Source: Octopus bimaculoides (lineage: Eukaryota). Taken from it: 37,154 nt of DNA. Below, one piece after another: positions 34,723 through 37,154 of the stretch (its first letter is position 1; the number at the start of each line of letters is the position of its first letter). The position numbers and the translations under genes were made by a program. The notes below the pieces were generated by a model. The model was not told the DNA's origin. It did not search any database and saw nothing but the letters and a program-made list of their open reading frames with translations. The stretch covers positions 67,590,353-67,627,506 of the forward strand of contig NC_068988.1 of assembly GCF_001194135.2 (NCBI RefSeq), written 5' to 3'.

Positions 34723-36336
34723 ACGCGTGCGCTATAATGCTATTTGGTTATTTAACAAACGAGTAAATTATTCCGTGTGTGCATTCCTCGGCGTGGTAGA
34801 TTATCAATATGAAGTCTCCCACATTTATTATATACAGGAGCAGAGAAACACTCACTCAAACGAATAAACACAAACAAGCACACGCACTGATAGAACCGCA
34901 AACACACATATTCACCTTAATTCATTCTCTCTCTCTTTTACCCACTTTATCTCACTGTCTATCTCACCCGAACTTCCTCTGTGGCTCACTCACACATCCT
35001 CTCCCTCCGCCTCATCCTCTCTGTCTCTCTGTCTGTCTCTTTCTCTCTCCTACCCTTTCTACTTATCACGCGTTTCTAGCCTCTACCTCACACGTTATCT
35101 TTCTACTTATCACTCGTTTCTTCCTTCTCACTCTGTCACACCTAATTCTACAAAACAACCGCCTGTGCACAATTTTCAGTTGCAGCGGAGGAATATATCT
35201 TCATTCATATATATATATAAAACGTGTAGGAAAGGTCCTTTAGTTTCTTTCACTCTTTCACTTTCTCTGTTTTTCTGTCTAACTCTGTCTCGATTTCAAC
35301 CCACCCCACAAAGACACACACATAGATACACGCACACAATGTTTTTTTTTTCTTTACGGAACACCACAACGAAAGATTATTGGAGCAGATTACTTCAACA
35401 TAAGAAAAGGAGAGAAAAAAGTGAAGTTTTGGATTAAAAAGAATCCAAACATTTCGATTTATTTAAAGGCAAAATTTAGAAATAAATAAAGTATGAAGCA
35501 GACACTAGGAAGTCTAAGTTACTGTGACAGTTGTGTATTATTCGTTTGTTGTTTGATTTAAGTCATTGCCCTGTAGTATCTAGTTTTAATAGGCCTGATT
35601 CTTATCGTATTGTTTCATTCTGACAAACTGCTAGCTTACAAGGCCAGAAACAAACGAAAACAGGTTGCCAAGAGCTGGAGAGTAACAAAAAGGAAAAACA
35701 CAAAAACAGACCAAAATGATTGCACATCTAAACAAAATAATAACACCCATTGCGATATTTATTTACATGTATAAATAAATGAAAAAATATATATGTATAC
35801 GTATGTGTGTGTGTGTGTATATATANNNNNNNNNNNNNNNNNNNNNNNNNNNNNNNNNNNNNNNNNNNNNNNNNNNNNNNNNNNNNNNNNNNNNNNNNNN
35901 NNNNNNNNNNNNNNNNNNNNNNNNNNNNNNNNNNNNNNNNNNNNNNNNNNNNNNNNNNNNNNNNNNNNNNNNNNNNNNNNNNNNNNNNNNNNNNNNNNNN
36001 NNNNNNNNNNNNNNNNNNNNNNNNNNNNNNNNNNNNNNNNNNNNNNNNNNNNNNNNNNNNNNNNNNNNNNNNNNNNNNNNNNNNNNNNNNNNNNNNNNNN
36101 NNNNNNNNNNNNNNNNNNNNNNNNNNNNNNNNNNNNNNNNNNNNNNNNNNNNNNNNNNNNNNNNNNNNNNNNNNNNNNNNNNNNNNNNNNNNNNNNNNNN
36201 NNNNNNNNNNNNNNNNNNNNNNNNNNNNNNNNNNNNNNNNNNNNNNNNNNNNNNNNNNNNNNNNNNNNNNNNNNNNNNNNNNNNNNNNNNNNNNNNNNNN
36301 NNNNNNNNNNNNNNNNNNNNNNNNNNTATATATATA

Positions 36337-36452
<116 letters not shown>

Positions 36453-36676
36453 ATTCAAGGACCGAGGTGTAGGAAGAAAGTTAACTTCAATCAACTCGTA
36501 GAAAATATAATTAACAAATTTCAGAGAAGGTAAGTAGTTTATGGACACGGGATGTTGTGGATTTTCCGTATCGAAGTACGATAAACTGGAAAAAGTTATT
36601 TTTATATTCCACGTTCGGCAACCGAGGTTGCCAGTTGTGCGAATACGAATACAAGAGTAAAGGAATGGTGCGTAAA

Positions 36677-37025
36677 GGCACAGGCGTGACTGAGTGGTAA
36701 GAAGCTGGCGTCCCAACGACATGGTCGCAGGTTCAGTCCCACTGCGTGGAATCTTGGGCAGTGTCTTCTATTTATAGCCTCGGGCCGACCGTGCCGGATA
36801 CTGAAAGAAGCCCATGGTACATATGTGTATATGGATATACATATATGTGTGTATCTTTGTGTTTGTTTCCTTCTCCCCACAACCGCTCGACAACCGGTGC
36901 TGGTGTGTTTACTTCCCCTTAACAATCCGGTTTGGCAAAATAACCGATCGAATAAGTACCAGACTTATAAAAAGGAACTACTAGGGTCGATGCATTCGAC
37001 TAAAATCTCTCCAAAGCTGTGCCCT
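36677..37025 (+). mobile_element. tRNA-derived SINE, family A
   Basis: TGACTGAGTGGTAAGAAG, GGTTCAGTCCCACTGCGTGG, TATAGCCTCGGGCCGACC, GAAAGAAGCCC and the shared 3' region. Confidence 0.8.
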
Positions 37026-37154
37026 ACCCACGCCACGGAATTTGGTGACCTTGTGTGAAAATTTAAAGCCTATAGTTAACTCTCACGGGTTACAGTACTT
37101 TGTTATTGCTGACAATGCCAGGAACGGAACAATAACCTATATATATGTATATAT

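Overview
AT-rich, microsatellite-laden animal genomic DNA with nine N-gaps. The SINE families and the (CA)/(TA)/(TACA)/(TAA) load look like an octopus or other coleoid cephalopod; this is inferred from remembered repeat consensus, not tested. The only host coding sequence I can support is the first coding exon (33738-33024, minus strand) of a natriuretic-peptide-receptor / receptor guanylate cyclase family gene: signal peptide plus the N-terminal part of the ANF-receptor ligand-binding domain. Everything from 33023 to base 1 reads as its first intron (at least 33 kb), with no recognisable exon 2. That intron is full of decayed transposons: four R4/Dong-type RLE LINE fragments, an RTE LINE 3' end with C2H2 fingers, a Penelope GIY-YIG relic, a mariner transposase pseudogene, two Helentron-type non-autonomous elements (HINE/DINE-like), two hAT-type MITEs, about a dozen tRNA-derived SINE pieces and a ~400-bp fold-back palindrome. 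Almost all other ORFs in the track are microsatellite or N-gap artefacts. I see no convincing new multi-gene system. The most unusual observations are a HINE-(TAA)n-Dong arrangement that occurs twice, the long intronic hairpin, and LINEs sitting inside microsatellites that match their own 3' tails.
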